A DNA stretch of 30,762 bases from Bdellovibrionota bacterium (GCA_044356455.1 JBIKWF010000045.1:1-30762); one strand, 5' to 3'; numbered from the stretch's first letter, positions 17,375 to 27,368 are shown. Translations and numbers: made by a program. Notes: generated by a model from the letters alone, not told the origin.

Positions 17375-19351
17375 TCAAAGCACCACCGGGATCCGAGTTC
17401 CGGGGTTCGTGTCGTCCAAGAGCTGCATGAAGTCAATGCTGCTACCGGATTGAAGTGCGCGCCCAATCCATTGAACTCCGGCGTCAAAGTCTACCCCGAA
17501 CGTTGGCCAAAATTCGTTCACCGAAGAGTGACCTGCTTGTCGGCTTTGAATTCGTCCGATCGCCGCATTTACTCGTTCGAGGTAGCTGGCTAGGTCCGGT
17601 GCTCCAGGGGGAATCAATGGAGTCGGCGCTCGGCTCAACCGGGCGAGGAAGTCTTCGCTATTTCGGAGCAACTGTGCCGTAAAATCACGTTCAGGGAGAT
17701 ATCCCATCTCGCCATATTGCGCGACGGCTGCGGTAAGCGAAGCGCGTGCGTACAAGAGGAATCGCATGGACATATATCCGGCAAAGGGTTGTTCCTGCGG
17801 CGTGAGGCGCAAGGCTTCTAGGTTGTGCCGATCGGGGGCCTTGAAGGAAGTCGCCGCACTCTCCTTTTCCTTGGAGGTATAGCTATGCCAGTACAGAAGC
17901 CTTGACGCCAAGTGCATAGACCACATCGACCAATAATGGGCGGAGGCTCCACGGTACTCATGTTGGTTTGCGGCAGTAAAGAAAACAAGCGCATGTGCGT
18001 AAAACATGCTTACTGCGTGCTGCGGCATGATTACTTCCTGGGATCGCTGAATCCGCGGCCCCCGCGAGACTCCTTTTAGGAAGCTTCCGTCTTCTGTTCC
18101 ATTCGAGGCTTGGGAAGCCATGCGCTTTACTTCGCGATTGCTGATAAAAGCATGTGAGCTTTCTGGCAACAGTTCCGGAAACTTCTTGGCAAGCCTCGCG
18201 ATAAAGCCTTCAACGCCGCTCTCTTCAAACCCACGGTCCCTCTTACCGTCGGCATCCACGTAGACCCACTTTTTAGCGCCATAGACTCGAAACGGAGTGT
18301 GCGGTGTGATTCGGAATCGGCACTGCTCGAAGCACATTTGTGTCCCAGTTTCGACAAGCGCGCGAGCTACTTCTTGTTCAGCGGGGCTGAGGTCGCTAAA
18401 GTCACGTTCGATATAATGCTTTCGAAACAGCTCAATTTTTCGCCGACCGGTTTCTAAAACACGGCCCTTAATTTCAACAATACTTGGAAGTAGCCCTCCG
18501 CCAGGAAGGCGCTTGAATACGATAAAGTCTGGGTGATAGGCAGTAACGCCCCTAGCAACAGGATCGTAAAGGGGGAAACCAAGCGCCTCGTACATGTAGA
18601 AACGATTTGGGTCACGGCTAAGCGCTCGCGCGTAAAGTGCTTCCCACGAACTTCGCATTGGCTCCGGAACGCCAGCATAGCGTTTCGCTTCGCCGGGCCG
18701 AATTCCTGCCTCAAGCCCCTTTAATACTAAGTCTGCCGCACTACTGAGCTCGAAAGCCTTGTGGATTTTCCCCCGCTGCGTTTCAGGAATACCCTTTAGC
18801 CCGTCGGCGCTGGCAGCACCCCACACCTCCTTTCTAGCTTCCACCCGCTCGCTTTCACCAAGAGCTCGCCAGCGAGAAGCGCGCGCAAGCTTGCGCTTTA
18901 GGGCGATTGCATTCTTTTCGGCTATCGAGAGCGCACTAAACCAATCACCAAAGGATTTGTGTCTTTCTACACGCCCCAGGACTTCATCTTCGCTTGTCGC
19001 GCCTGAAAAAATTGTGAGCCCATACCGAAATGAACTCTTGCTTTCGGACTGATTGCCCAACGCCTGAAATTTTGCGTAAAGCTCGGTCAAGTAGACCCCA
19101 CTGAGCGACTCCGGGGGCCAACGGCCCGAGGCGATTTCCTCCGTCACGATGCCCGCAACATCACCCATGCGCTTGCTCATGTTGCTCCATGAGTTGCGTG
19201 TGGCGGTATTCGCAGGTGGAACAACTGCTAACTCACTGAAGGTTTCGAGTTTAGGCGCGGCCGGGCCGATCGGCTGAGGAACCGAGGCGGGCTGGTCTGT
19301 CTTTTGAAAACCATCACTTTTGAGCATGCGTACACAAACAAAACGACCCAA
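17375..19351 (-). CDS. Large protein with a central PD-(D/E)XK (T7 endonuclease I-like) nuclease domain
   Basis: RSSWEALYARAL...YE...YHPDF...IVEIKGR...RRKIELFRKHY; start uncertain. Confidence 0.7.
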   Translation of the reverse strand: MGRFVCVRMLKSDGFQKTDQPASVPQPIGPAAPKLETFSELAVVPPANTATRNSWSNMSKRMGDVAGIVTEEIASGRWPPESLSGVYLTELYAKFQALGNQSESKSSFRYGLTIFSGATSEDEVLGRVERHKSFGDWFSALSIAEKNAIALKRKLARASRWRALGESERVEARKEVWGAASADGLKGIPETQRGKIHKAFELSSAADLVLKGLEAGIRPGEAKRYAGVPEPMRSSWEALYARALSRDPNRFYMYEALGFPLYDPVARGVTAYHPDFIVFKRLPGGGLLPSIVEIKGRVLETGRRKIELFRKHYIERDFSDLSPAEQEVARALVETGTQMCFEQCRFRITPHTPFRVYGAKKWVYVDADGKRDRGFEESGVEGFIARLAKKFPELLPESSHAFISNREVKRMASQASNGTEDGSFLKGVSRGPRIQRSQEVIMPQHAVSMFYAHALVFFTAANQHEYRGASAHYWSMWSMHLASRLLYWHSYTSKEKESAATSFKAPDRHNLEALRLTPQEQPFAGYMSMRFLLYARASLTAAVAQYGEMGYLPERDFTAQLLRNSEDFLARLSRAPTPLIPPGAPDLASYLERVNAAIGRIQSRQAGHSSVNEFWPTFGVDFDAGVQWIGRALQSGSSIDFMQLLDDTNPGTRIPVVL

Positions 19352-19595
19352 GAGTTATGCGAGAAGCCGAGTTCAGGTATACCTACCTTTGAGCGCAAGA
19401 GTGGCTCAAAGTAGGTGTGCCAAAAATTACCATAACCAAGCGAAGCGACTGGGTTTACAGAATTTCTTTCGTTACCGGCATATTTGGTAGGGCGCCTCTG
19501 TCTGAATTTGACGGGGTTTAGGGAGGCTCAATAGAAGAATATCTTTCCTCGCCAATTAGATTCTCTAACAACGACGAGGACTGCCCTGAAAAGGG

Positions 19596-20756
19596 CTACC
19601 GCTCCCATCCGATTCTCGCATCTTCTTCTATGAGGGGCACAGCTCTCCCTTGGGCGACCACGAGAAAATCCGTCATTCGCTCGGCGCGCTCCCCGCCAGG
19701 CGATATCGTGATAGTGCCGCTTGCCCCTTGAAAGTCAGAGGTGCTCACTATCTTTTCAAAGAGAGCAGCTCCCCGAGCGCCGCGCTGCGCAGCTTGAGCA
19801 AGCAAATGAAGGGTATCGTAGGAAGTATCTGCAGAAAGCCAAGGTTCTTGGTTCCAGCGCTCGTGAAAGCGTGAGGTGAAAGAATCGGAGCCTCTGCCAT
19901 AAGTTGGGATGATAAGCCCCTCAGCGGCCGAGCCAGCCAGCCCAAGGAATGAGGCATCATCGCTCCCTAAAATGCCAAATACCGCAGTTGCCTTTACCCC
20001 TAACGAGGAAATTCCCTTAAGAAACGCAGCCTGAGGCGCATAGGGCAAAAGACTCACAACGGCATCGGGGCGCATAGCCTTTGCCTTAAGGGCCGCCCCC
20101 CGCAGGTCTACTTCGTTCATACTTAACTCAATTTCTCCTGCAAGTGAGATCCCAACATCTGCGAGAGCTCGCCTTAGTTCTTGGGCGAGACCAGTGAAAT
20201 AGGGGTCTGGGGCAATGAGCGCAATGGGACGCTGCAGTCCCCTCTTCGAAAGCAACTGCACGATGCGCCTGATGAGAGCAGAGTCATCACCCCAGGTCCG
20301 AATCAGAAGCGACCGCCCGCGGACAAAGTTTGGGGCGCCAGCGCTCGTGGAGATAACGGGAATTCCTGCCCGCATCGCAATGGGCCAAACGACATCAGTT
20401 TCGGCGCTCCACTGAGTGAGAATCGCCTGTACCTTATCAACCGATACCAACTTCTGAGCGGCAACTGCGCAGCTACTAAGATCCCCCGAGCGCGCATCCT
20501 CAAAGACCACCGTAATAGGTTGGCCCGCAACTCCTCCTGCGGCGTTAAGCTCCTCCTGTGCAAGGATGATTCCTCGCTGAGCACTTTCGCCCCAACGGGC
20601 CCCGTAACCAGTAAGGTTGAGAATGGCGCCAACTTTGAAGGGTTCAGCCGCGCTTAGCCGAGGGCAAAGAAAGAATATGACCACTAACAGTGGTAGCATG
20701 AGTATTGCTTGCGATTCGCGAGCAAGAACCAAAAATCGCTTCATAGGGCACTCCAA
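19596..20756 (-). CDS. LivK/LivJ-like periplasmic substrate-binding protein
   Basis: Signal-peptide-like N-terminus (..LSAA/EP), KVGAILNLTG, ELNAAGGV, YDTLHLLAQA, FQGASGTITI. Confidence 0.9.
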   Translation of the reverse strand: MECPMKRFLVLARESQAILMLPLLVVIFFLCPRLSAAEPFKVGAILNLTGYGARWGESAQRGIILAQEELNAAGGVAGQPITVVFEDARSGDLSSCAVAAQKLVSVDKVQAILTQWSAETDVVWPIAMRAGIPVISTSAGAPNFVRGRSLLIRTWGDDSALIRRIVQLLSKRGLQRPIALIAPDPYFTGLAQELRRALADVGISLAGEIELSMNEVDLRGAALKAKAMRPDAVVSLLPYAPQAAFLKGISSLGVKATAVFGILGSDDASFLGLAGSAAEGLIIPTYGRGSDSFTSRFHERWNQEPWLSADTSYDTLHLLAQAAQRGARGAALFEKIVSTSDFQGASGTITISPGGERAERMTDFLVVAQGRAVPLIEEDARIGWER

Positions 20757-20830
20757 AAGTCCTAGGCGGTGTCCGGAGTGTAGAGAGGGGACTCAGCTTT
20801 TGGCGGAAAAAGCTCAAGAAATGCGCATTG

Positions 20831-20890
20831 GTAAACGAATGGTTTACAATAAGGCCAGAGGCGCGATATGCTAGTAAACTAATAGGTTAC
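20831..20890. promoter_or_regulatory. Two GTAAAC-N5-G(T/G)TTAC palindromes around a putative sigma70 promoter
   Basis: GTAAACgaatgGTTTAC (20831-20847) and GTAAACtaataGGTTAC (20874-20890); TTTACA-18-TATGCT (20843-20872). Confidence 0.65.
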
Positions 20891-20903
20891 CACGAGAGAA
20901 TTC

Positions 20904-21740
20904 ATGCTCCTACCACACCCGCGCTCACTACGTGAGAGAATCTTGCATATCCTGGCCCAATTCCCTCTGCAGACAGCTCCCGATCTTCTTAGGCGCCTGA
21001 AGGGGCGCGGCAGCGTGGTCACGAAGCAGGGACTTTACAAGGAACTACGCGTGTTGCTCCAAGATAGCGTCGTAATTAAGTATCAGCGTGCCTATACCCT
21101 TAGTCTCCCTTGGATACTTAATTTCTCCCAGTTCTCGGACCAGATGTTCGACACCTACCTTGGTCAATCAACACTCACGGCGTTTCTACCTGAGGGAAAA
21201 ACGAAAGCTCGTTGGACTTTTAGAAATCTTGCGATGCTCAATGATTTTTGGGTCGAGCTGATTTTTTGCGCGCTCAAGGAAAGTCCACGGCAGGTTTTCT
21301 ACAATTGGCTCCCGCATCCATGGTTTCTTCTCTTGCAGTCCATGCGTAGTCAGACATTCAATCAAGGCATGCTCACGGGGAGCTACCAACCAAAAACTAT
21401 TCTTGGACACCAGAGCGCTCTCGATCAGGAGTACGCGCGCGGACAGTCTCGCAACAATCCCCGAGAGACAATCTCCTTTGCTGAGAGCCCATTCCACGGC
21501 CAGGACAACATCTATTTTGAGCTCATTGGAGAGTATCTGATCATTGGAAAGCTCCATCCTCGCGTAGCTTCCCTTATCGAAGGCTATTTTAGCTCCAAAG
21601 AACACACTTTCGAAGGGCCTTGGATTCAAGCAGCGGCGGCTGAACTTCGCGCGAATCGGGATTTGTGTACTCTGCAAATTGAGAGAGGCACGCCGCTCGT
21701 TAAGAAAATCACGAAACAGTTGCTTCAGTTCTGGGGTTAA
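20904..21740 (+). CDS. Putative winged-helix transcriptional regulator with an uncharacterised C-terminal domain
   Basis: N-terminus ILHILAQ..TAPDLLRRL..VTKQGLYKELRVL..VVIK..YTLS fits a wHTH pattern. Confidence 0.7.
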   Translation: MLLPHPRSLRERILHILAQFPLQTAPDLLRRLKGRGSVVTKQGLYKELRVLLQDSVVIKYQRAYTLSLPWILNFSQFSDQMFDTYLGQSTLTAFLPEGKTKARWTFRNLAMLNDFWVELIFCALKESPRQVFYNWLPHPWFLLLQSMRSQTFNQGMLTGSYQPKTILGHQSALDQEYARGQSRNNPRETISFAESPFHGQDNIYFELIGEYLIIGKLHPRVASLIEGYFSSKEHTFEGPWIQAAAAELRANRDLCTLQIERGTPLVKKITKQLLQFWG

Positions 21741-21833
21741 GCGTTACCAATGCTTTTAGTTAGGACTATGGGTGCCCACGTAACATTAATCAGAGCCCAG
21801 AGCTCGCTTCAGTAAGCGGTGCGAGCGCCCCAG

Positions 21834-22817
21834 TCACAGCACAGGAGAAATACCCGATCGCAGCAGTCTTCGGCATGAAATGAGAGTAGTTCGACATGCT
21901 CCATCGAAATGCGAAACAATTCTATCTTGAAGATCCATCGCCTCGCTTAACGAGGGAGCTTGGAGTACTACCTTGTAGTCCCATCCTCCAAAACATCGAA
22001 AGCAGCAAAGTACATTGCTCTCCTTCTCGCACCACACGAATAGCTCACGTCGTAGCCTTTCAGCAGCATTCTGCGCATCAATTATAATTTCGAACTCTTC
22101 AAAACCGATCTTTTCGCACGCGAAGAAATAGCGGTCCTGGGCGATTACCCCAAGTTTTCTTAGACGCTGCAGACGATACGTCAATGTGGAGGGGGGCTGC
22201 TTAAGTCTTCTTGCCATATCAGAGGTCGAGGTAATTTTCCCCTTTTCTAAAAGATGTAAAATCTGGAAATCGAGTGGTTCCGTTTCAACCTCAGGGGCAA
22301 GGAGGTCCAAAACACAACCTGCTGGGCCTCCCTTGTGAGCTGGGCTGAGGTAGCGGCTACCGAAAAAATGGCACGTATTCTCTACAGCCCACAATTTATT
22401 GCCGAGCCCAACCCCGAAATGCTCCGAAATTCTGTCAATGAGTCGCTGGAGCTCTCCAATACGCCGAACCACGAGTGTCAGCTCATACCGGTATTCTCCG
22501 GAGTTCTCTTGAAGCCAAACAATCGAGGGATGCTCCGCCAAAAACGCTAGAATTTCAGCCTTTCCCTTCTGTGGAAGAGAAAAAAAGACATTTACCGTCG
22601 AGAATCCAAGTCGCGCATGATTAATTAATATGGAGCGCTGGAGGACGCCCTCCTCCTCAAAGCGGCGAAGAGCGTAGCGCACCGTGTGTACCTTGACACG
22701 CGCGCGTTTTGCTATTTCCTCTACTGAAGGAGCGCTTGCCCACGTCGCAGCTCCTAAAATGGCGCTTTCAGAGGGAGTGAGCCGGCGATATGAGTTTTTC
22801 TTTGAAGGAGCGACCAT
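21834..22817 (-). CDS. Tandem Lrp/AsnC-family regulator (two HTH+RAM units)
   Basis: HTH1 SVEEIAKRARVKVHTVRYALRRF with SGEYRY; HTH2 TSDMARRLKQPPSTLTYRLQRL with FGGWDY. Confidence 0.85.
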   Translation of the reverse strand: MVAPSKKNSYRRLTPSESAILGAATWASAPSVEEIAKRARVKVHTVRYALRRFEEEGVLQRSILINHARLGFSTVNVFFSLPQKGKAEILAFLAEHPSIVWLQENSGEYRYELTLVVRRIGELQRLIDRISEHFGVGLGNKLWAVENTCHFFGSRYLSPAHKGGPAGCVLDLLAPEVETEPLDFQILHLLEKGKITSTSDMARRLKQPPSTLTYRLQRLRKLGVIAQDRYFFACEKIGFEEFEIIIDAQNAAERLRRELFVWCEKESNVLCCFRCFGGWDYKVVLQAPSLSEAMDLQDRIVSHFDGACRTTLISCRRLLRSGISPVL

Positions 22818-22994
22818 AACCAAAATTGTAAGCCCGCCTCGGGCGGTCAAAAGCTTTTATTAAAGAACCATACCGTGTTCCCTGCTCAGCGTCTCCTTGG
22901 AAAATGCGTTTCACAAAGACTTACCGATCAGAATCTTACACTTCTAAGCGCCTGGCATTAACTCACTCCATCGATGTAATGCGAGGGATCCCTT

Positions 22995-23537
22995 ATGAGA
23001 GCTATGTCCCTGCCCGCCGTGCCCGAGAACTCAGCCACTCATTCCGCATCAGGCTCGACTCATGGAACGGGGCCGACTCTGAAGTATCGTGCTTTTCTAG
23101 GCATAGTAGGTGCAGTACGAGAAATGGCGTGCTCTCCAAGCGGCAAGCAGCAGCTCGACGAAATGCTTGAGGCTGCCCTCCTTGGAGGCGAAAGCGAACG
23201 AACACGATTGGCGAAGTATCTGTCGTGGCGTCTCACCCTTGCTCATACGACTACTACCAGAACATTCTCGGAGCACACGAGAGATGCGCTTTTTAAGTTT
23301 ATCGCAACGTCGCTTGAGGTACCGGGTGATGTTCCTTCTTCTGACGACAGGAACGAAGTTCAAAAAGTGGTCGCCTCTTTTCTCTCGGGAGGCAGCGCAG
23401 ACGTTGGAAAAAAGATAGAAATCTGGCTTACGGGAGAGCTTTCAAGAGAAGCCTCTGCCTCGGTCGTTGAGGCTCTGTCATGCGCCCCAAAAGGGAATAT
23501 CGCTGGTGAGAAGCCCTCACACAGGAAAGCGGCATAA
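22995..23537 (+). CDS. Hypothetical protein (180 aa)
   Basis: ORF divergent from the Lrp gene; no motif recognised. Confidence 0.6.
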   Translation: MRAMSLPAVPENSATHSASGSTHGTGPTLKYRAFLGIVGAVREMACSPSGKQQLDEMLEAALLGGESERTRLAKYLSWRLTLAHTTTTRTFSEHTRDALFKFIATSLEVPGDVPSSDDRNEVQKVVASFLSGGSADVGKKIEIWLTGELSREASASVVEALSCAPKGNIAGEKPSHRKAA

Positions 23538-23623
23538 AATGAGTCTGGTACCAACTTTACCTAGGCGATGAGGAGAAGGTCCCTACCTTTGACTAGTAGG
23601 CGAGCGGCCGCTACCCTTCTGCC

Positions 23624-25219
23624 ATGTCAATGCCGTTACCAAATCACCCAGAGGGGGGACGCAGCTCCGCAAGCCACACTGCATCCGAAGCAGGTTCGCT
23701 TTCTGTGCCCTCCCCCGCTCTTCGCACCTATGCGGGCCTTGGTATCGCGCCAGACTCTTTAGTACCCCAGCGTCTCACCCTGCCTGGCATTTCTACGAGA
23801 GCTATGGCGCTGTTATGCGAGCAACTTGCTATACCAGTGACGGAATTAGATGCCACGGTGCTTGCGAATCTTGTTTCTAGCAATGGGCTTAAGCCCCCTG
23901 CCATTCGCAAAAACAATCCCATGGATGTGCTCCATGATCCCAATGAACACACGGCACTCACTTATGAGCGTATTTTTCGGATTGGCGGGCCAGGACTTAC
24001 GGAGCACCGAGAGGCACATTTGACCTGGGAGTCGCTCAACGAAAGGCATTTTGAAGTAGGCACTCCGGCGCAAGCTTGGCCTTCGGCCAACCCCAATGCG
24101 ACTGACATAAGCAGAGGCGATGCGTATAGTTTTATTTGGAGAAACCTCTCTCAGGTCTCGCCCCCCGGTGTGAAGAGTCAAGCGAGGATGGAACTCGATG
24201 CAATCCTTGCAAGTCTGGAAATACTTTCATCATCAGATATAGCAACAGAAAGAGCACATTTTAATGACCGCATCGATCTTGAAGTGGCCCCGCCTGCAGA
24301 AATAAGCTCCCTGGGGAACCTAAGCCGCCTTCCGCGCCTAAAACTTCTCTGCGCAGCACTGTCAGAGAGCGAAACAAAAGATGAGATCGCTTCCAACATT
24401 TTCGGCGCCCTTTCCGATTACACTGAGGGCGTTGTGCGCCATCCCTCAAGCTGGCGTAGCGACCTTGGGGTCAAACAATTGAGAGCAATTGGCGACGCGC
24501 CACTTCGCCAGTCCGCGGAGCACGAATACGAGATTCGAAGAATTGGTCAAGTGTTCTTAATTGATGGGCCAGAGACTACGGGCACTTCCGCTCTACTCGA
24601 GTTTAAATCCTTGGCAACACTGAGGCGCCAGCTGTCTTCGGGGGTCGTCCCGTTCCGCTCCTGCCAACCTTTATCGCTTCAAATAGAAGCGCCCAGACCT
24701 GAGGTACTTCTTTCGCTCGCCGAGTCGCAGGGCCTTTCCCTCCCTCAAAAGCTCGCCAGTGATTTAATCTCGTTTGTTGATGGTGAGGGTGAATTCGACG
24801 CCGAAGCCCTTTTCTCGCTCGCCGCGAGATCTCAATGCTTTCAGCTTCGTCTGCTCGATTACCTCACTCGGACGCCGAGTATCACTGGGGTTGCTCACTC
24901 TGCGGCACGCGAAGCAAGGCTGATATTCCAGCATTCATCTGGGCCCTTCACCGAGATCACCCTAACCAAGCCTGAAGATTCGAGTACTCGTCTTCGCGAG
25001 CACCCGACGATGCTCTCGCTCCGTCACCGCACCTCAGAGCTACTCACCTCCGATGTCGTTCCCTTGTCTTGGGAGGAAGCGGAGCAGTGCAGCAAACTCG
25101 TGGGTGGGTATACACTCAACAAAAGTGTCGCTCCGGCCCGAGTGGATCCCGAACGAAGGATCTGGATGGTTGCCGGGCGTGATATCGAGATTGAACTCAC
25201 CGTTCCCACTCAGGCATGA
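23624..25219 (+). CDS. Hypothetical protein (531 aa)
   Basis: Long ORF; no motif recognised. Confidence 0.7.
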   Translation: MSMPLPNHPEGGRSSASHTASEAGSLSVPSPALRTYAGLGIAPDSLVPQRLTLPGISTRAMALLCEQLAIPVTELDATVLANLVSSNGLKPPAIRKNNPMDVLHDPNEHTALTYERIFRIGGPGLTEHREAHLTWESLNERHFEVGTPAQAWPSANPNATDISRGDAYSFIWRNLSQVSPPGVKSQARMELDAILASLEILSSSDIATERAHFNDRIDLEVAPPAEISSLGNLSRLPRLKLLCAALSESETKDEIASNIFGALSDYTEGVVRHPSSWRSDLGVKQLRAIGDAPLRQSAEHEYEIRRIGQVFLIDGPETTGTSALLEFKSLATLRRQLSSGVVPFRSCQPLSLQIEAPRPEVLLSLAESQGLSLPQKLASDLISFVDGEGEFDAEALFSLAARSQCFQLRLLDYLTRTPSITGVAHSAAREARLIFQHSSGPFTEITLTKPEDSSTRLREHPTMLSLRHRTSELLTSDVVPLSWEEAEQCSKLVGGYTLNKSVAPARVDPERRIWMVAGRDIEIELTVPTQA

Positions 25220-25223
25220 CAAT

Positions 25224-26105
25224 CTAAGGTTGAGGCGCCCTCGTACCCGCGAGATCTTCAAACGGAGGAGACATAGTAAGAGGATAATTTCTATCCCAGA
25301 TGAGGCCAGCAATAATCCTGACATGATCCGAAATCGATTGAGGTCTTCTCACTATCTCTGCCTCAAAGCGCGAGCTGGTCATCCACGTGAGCATGCCATC
25401 GCCCACCTTCGCTCCTTCTACCTCGATGTCTTTCGGTAATTGCAGACTAATGGCGAGGCTCACGACTCTCTTGTGAAAAGTTTCCCCGCCACTCAAATCG
25501 GATCTTTCCGTGAGAAGGATTGGAATTATGGAATTAATTCCTCGCTCACACTCGCAAAAGGTCATCCCGAGTTTCTGCGCAAGCCTGCGAAGTAGCGTGT
25601 CATTGGAAATTGGCCACCCCGGCATTGCCGAATCAGGAAGCAACAAACTTTTTTCGGCCCTTTCCTCATTGGCCTCAAGAAGCATCTGAGGCAAGGTACG
25701 ACCCGGTCGAAGGAGGATATACTCGTAGGCAAATTCTCCAGAATTCAGGTTAGTTTCTTGCGCTAACGCTGCCGATGCCTCAAGTCGCCTTGAAATCGAA
25801 CCGTCGGATAGATAGGTAGCTGCAATATACGCAATTGAAGTTGACCCACTTTCAAGAGCTCGTATTTGCCGTGGTACGCTGCCATCTCTCAAACTATTAA
25901 TTATTCTTCTTGTCGAAAACGGAACCATATACCTTTCGCTTAGAGATGTAGGGTCAAAAAACGATCTTGAGGTCTTGCGGTAGTATCTTTCGGAATTCCC
26001 CTGGACTCGCGAGATTTCTGCTCGAAAATTGGCCTCCCGCCTAAGCCTGCCGACTACGATGATGCGAGAAAGACGAAGTCGACTGGCAAATCTCGAACAC
26101 CGCAC
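25224..26105 (-). CDS. Hypothetical protein (start uncertain)
   Basis: 293-codon ORF ending 4 bp from the convergent gene; no motif recognised. Confidence 0.5.
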   Translation of the reverse strand: MRCSRFASRLRLSRIIVVGRLRREANFRAEISRVQGNSERYYRKTSRSFFDPTSLSERYMVPFSTRRIINSLRDGSVPRQIRALESGSTSIAYIAATYLSDGSISRRLEASAALAQETNLNSGEFAYEYILLRPGRTLPQMLLEANEERAEKSLLLPDSAMPGWPISNDTLLRRLAQKLGMTFCECERGINSIIPILLTERSDLSGGETFHKRVVSLAISLQLPKDIEVEGAKVGDGMLTWMTSSRFEAEIVRRPQSISDHVRIIAGLIWDRNYPLTMSPPFEDLAGTRAPQP

Positions 26106-26819
26106 CCTTCGGTCGCGACCTTCTCACGCAATTCAAGGGAGGACTCGCACTCCCCGCGTACTACTAACACAGGAACCTTCACTTCACCGTGGGCAGGACC
26201 GCGGACACACTTTCACCCCTCGATTCAGATCGCTTAGGCAAAAGGTCGATGATATACCTCGATTTTTGCAGTAACACTTCCACAGGCATCCAGTCGTCTG
26301 CCTCACGCGGTCCCTGAACTCCTCGGCGCTCCGCGCGCTGCGGCGAGGCCGGCAGGCGAGTCTCGATGCGCCGAGGAGAAGGCATCCGCATGTGAGCAAC
26401 CCAGACTAGCGCACCGAGAGTGCTTCCTTAGACTAAAGAATTCACACTAGATTTCAGAAATTGCCCATGCTGCGCTTGTTAGTCTAATTTCTTGATTCTG
26501 TGGATTCTTTGACATCCCGCCATGAACCGCGCTTCAAGCGCTACTCTATTGTATTTCGCGGCCTCGATGTGAGAGGTGAAAGACTTAGAACCTAGAGCAG
26601 TGAGTCGATAACTGCCCCCTTCTTTCTTCCTGCTGATAATTTCTACCATCTACGATTGCTTCCACGTATGGAGGGTCGTTTGAATACTGACCGCAGCCAA
26701 AGCATCGCTTCTATCATTATGCGCTATTTTAAGACTTCAATTCGGCGTGCTTTTACACATATTACCTAAGAATGTCTCATTCTGAGTAGATCCGGAGCAG
26801 GCAAGCTCAGGGGGGCAAC

Positions 26820-27368
26820 ATGGCTAAAATCCACCTATCTCTTTACCACAATGGCAAAATAGAACTTGATGAGATTGAGTTTCTTCATCCTATGCTTAAG
26901 ACTTCCCTACTCTCAGTGCGAGGAAAATCAACAACGGGGCACTATGCGGACGCTACCTTCCAGTGGACCTCAGCGCTTCAGGCCCTCACGATACTTCTTT
27001 TGAAATCCGCCGCGCTTGGCTCTGACTACCTCATGTCAGGGCTTAGGGCATCTCCCGCAGCCTCTCTTGACTTCGCGATATCGAAGCAACCGAGATGGTT
27101 GCTTGAAGTGTTTGGCGCAGATGCTCAAGGCATCTCCTTGATTCGGCGAGTTGTCAATCGTCAGAATTCTAATCTTAAGCGCCCTGGCCCGCTTTGTATT
27201 TCCATCAATACGTCTGCCCTCTCGCCAAGCGACATAACCATTTCGGTAAACGGACAGGATGTTCGCGACTGGAAAAAGATCAACGAACTTGGAGACTCAC
27301 TCGCACATCAGCTATTCCCATCTGTCCCCTTGCAAGTGGTGGCACCCGTTCGAAGACTGGCGGCGTGA
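26820..27368 (+). CDS. Hypothetical protein (182 aa)
   Basis: AGGGGGG RBS-like sequence before the ATG; globular-looking composition. Confidence 0.75.
   Translation: MAKIHLSLYHNGKIELDEIEFLHPMLKTSLLSVRGKSTTGHYADATFQWTSALQALTILLLKSAALGSDYLMSGLRASPAASLDFAISKQPRWLLEVFGADAQGISLIRRVVNRQNSNLKRPGPLCISINTSALSPSDITISVNGQDVRDWKKINELGDSLAHQLFPSVPLQVVAPVRRLAA

Noticed and set aside
17375..19351. Tn7 TnsA
   Set aside because: No TnsB/TnsC genes or transposon ends nearby; the RSSWE motif fits the endonuclease I-like group better.
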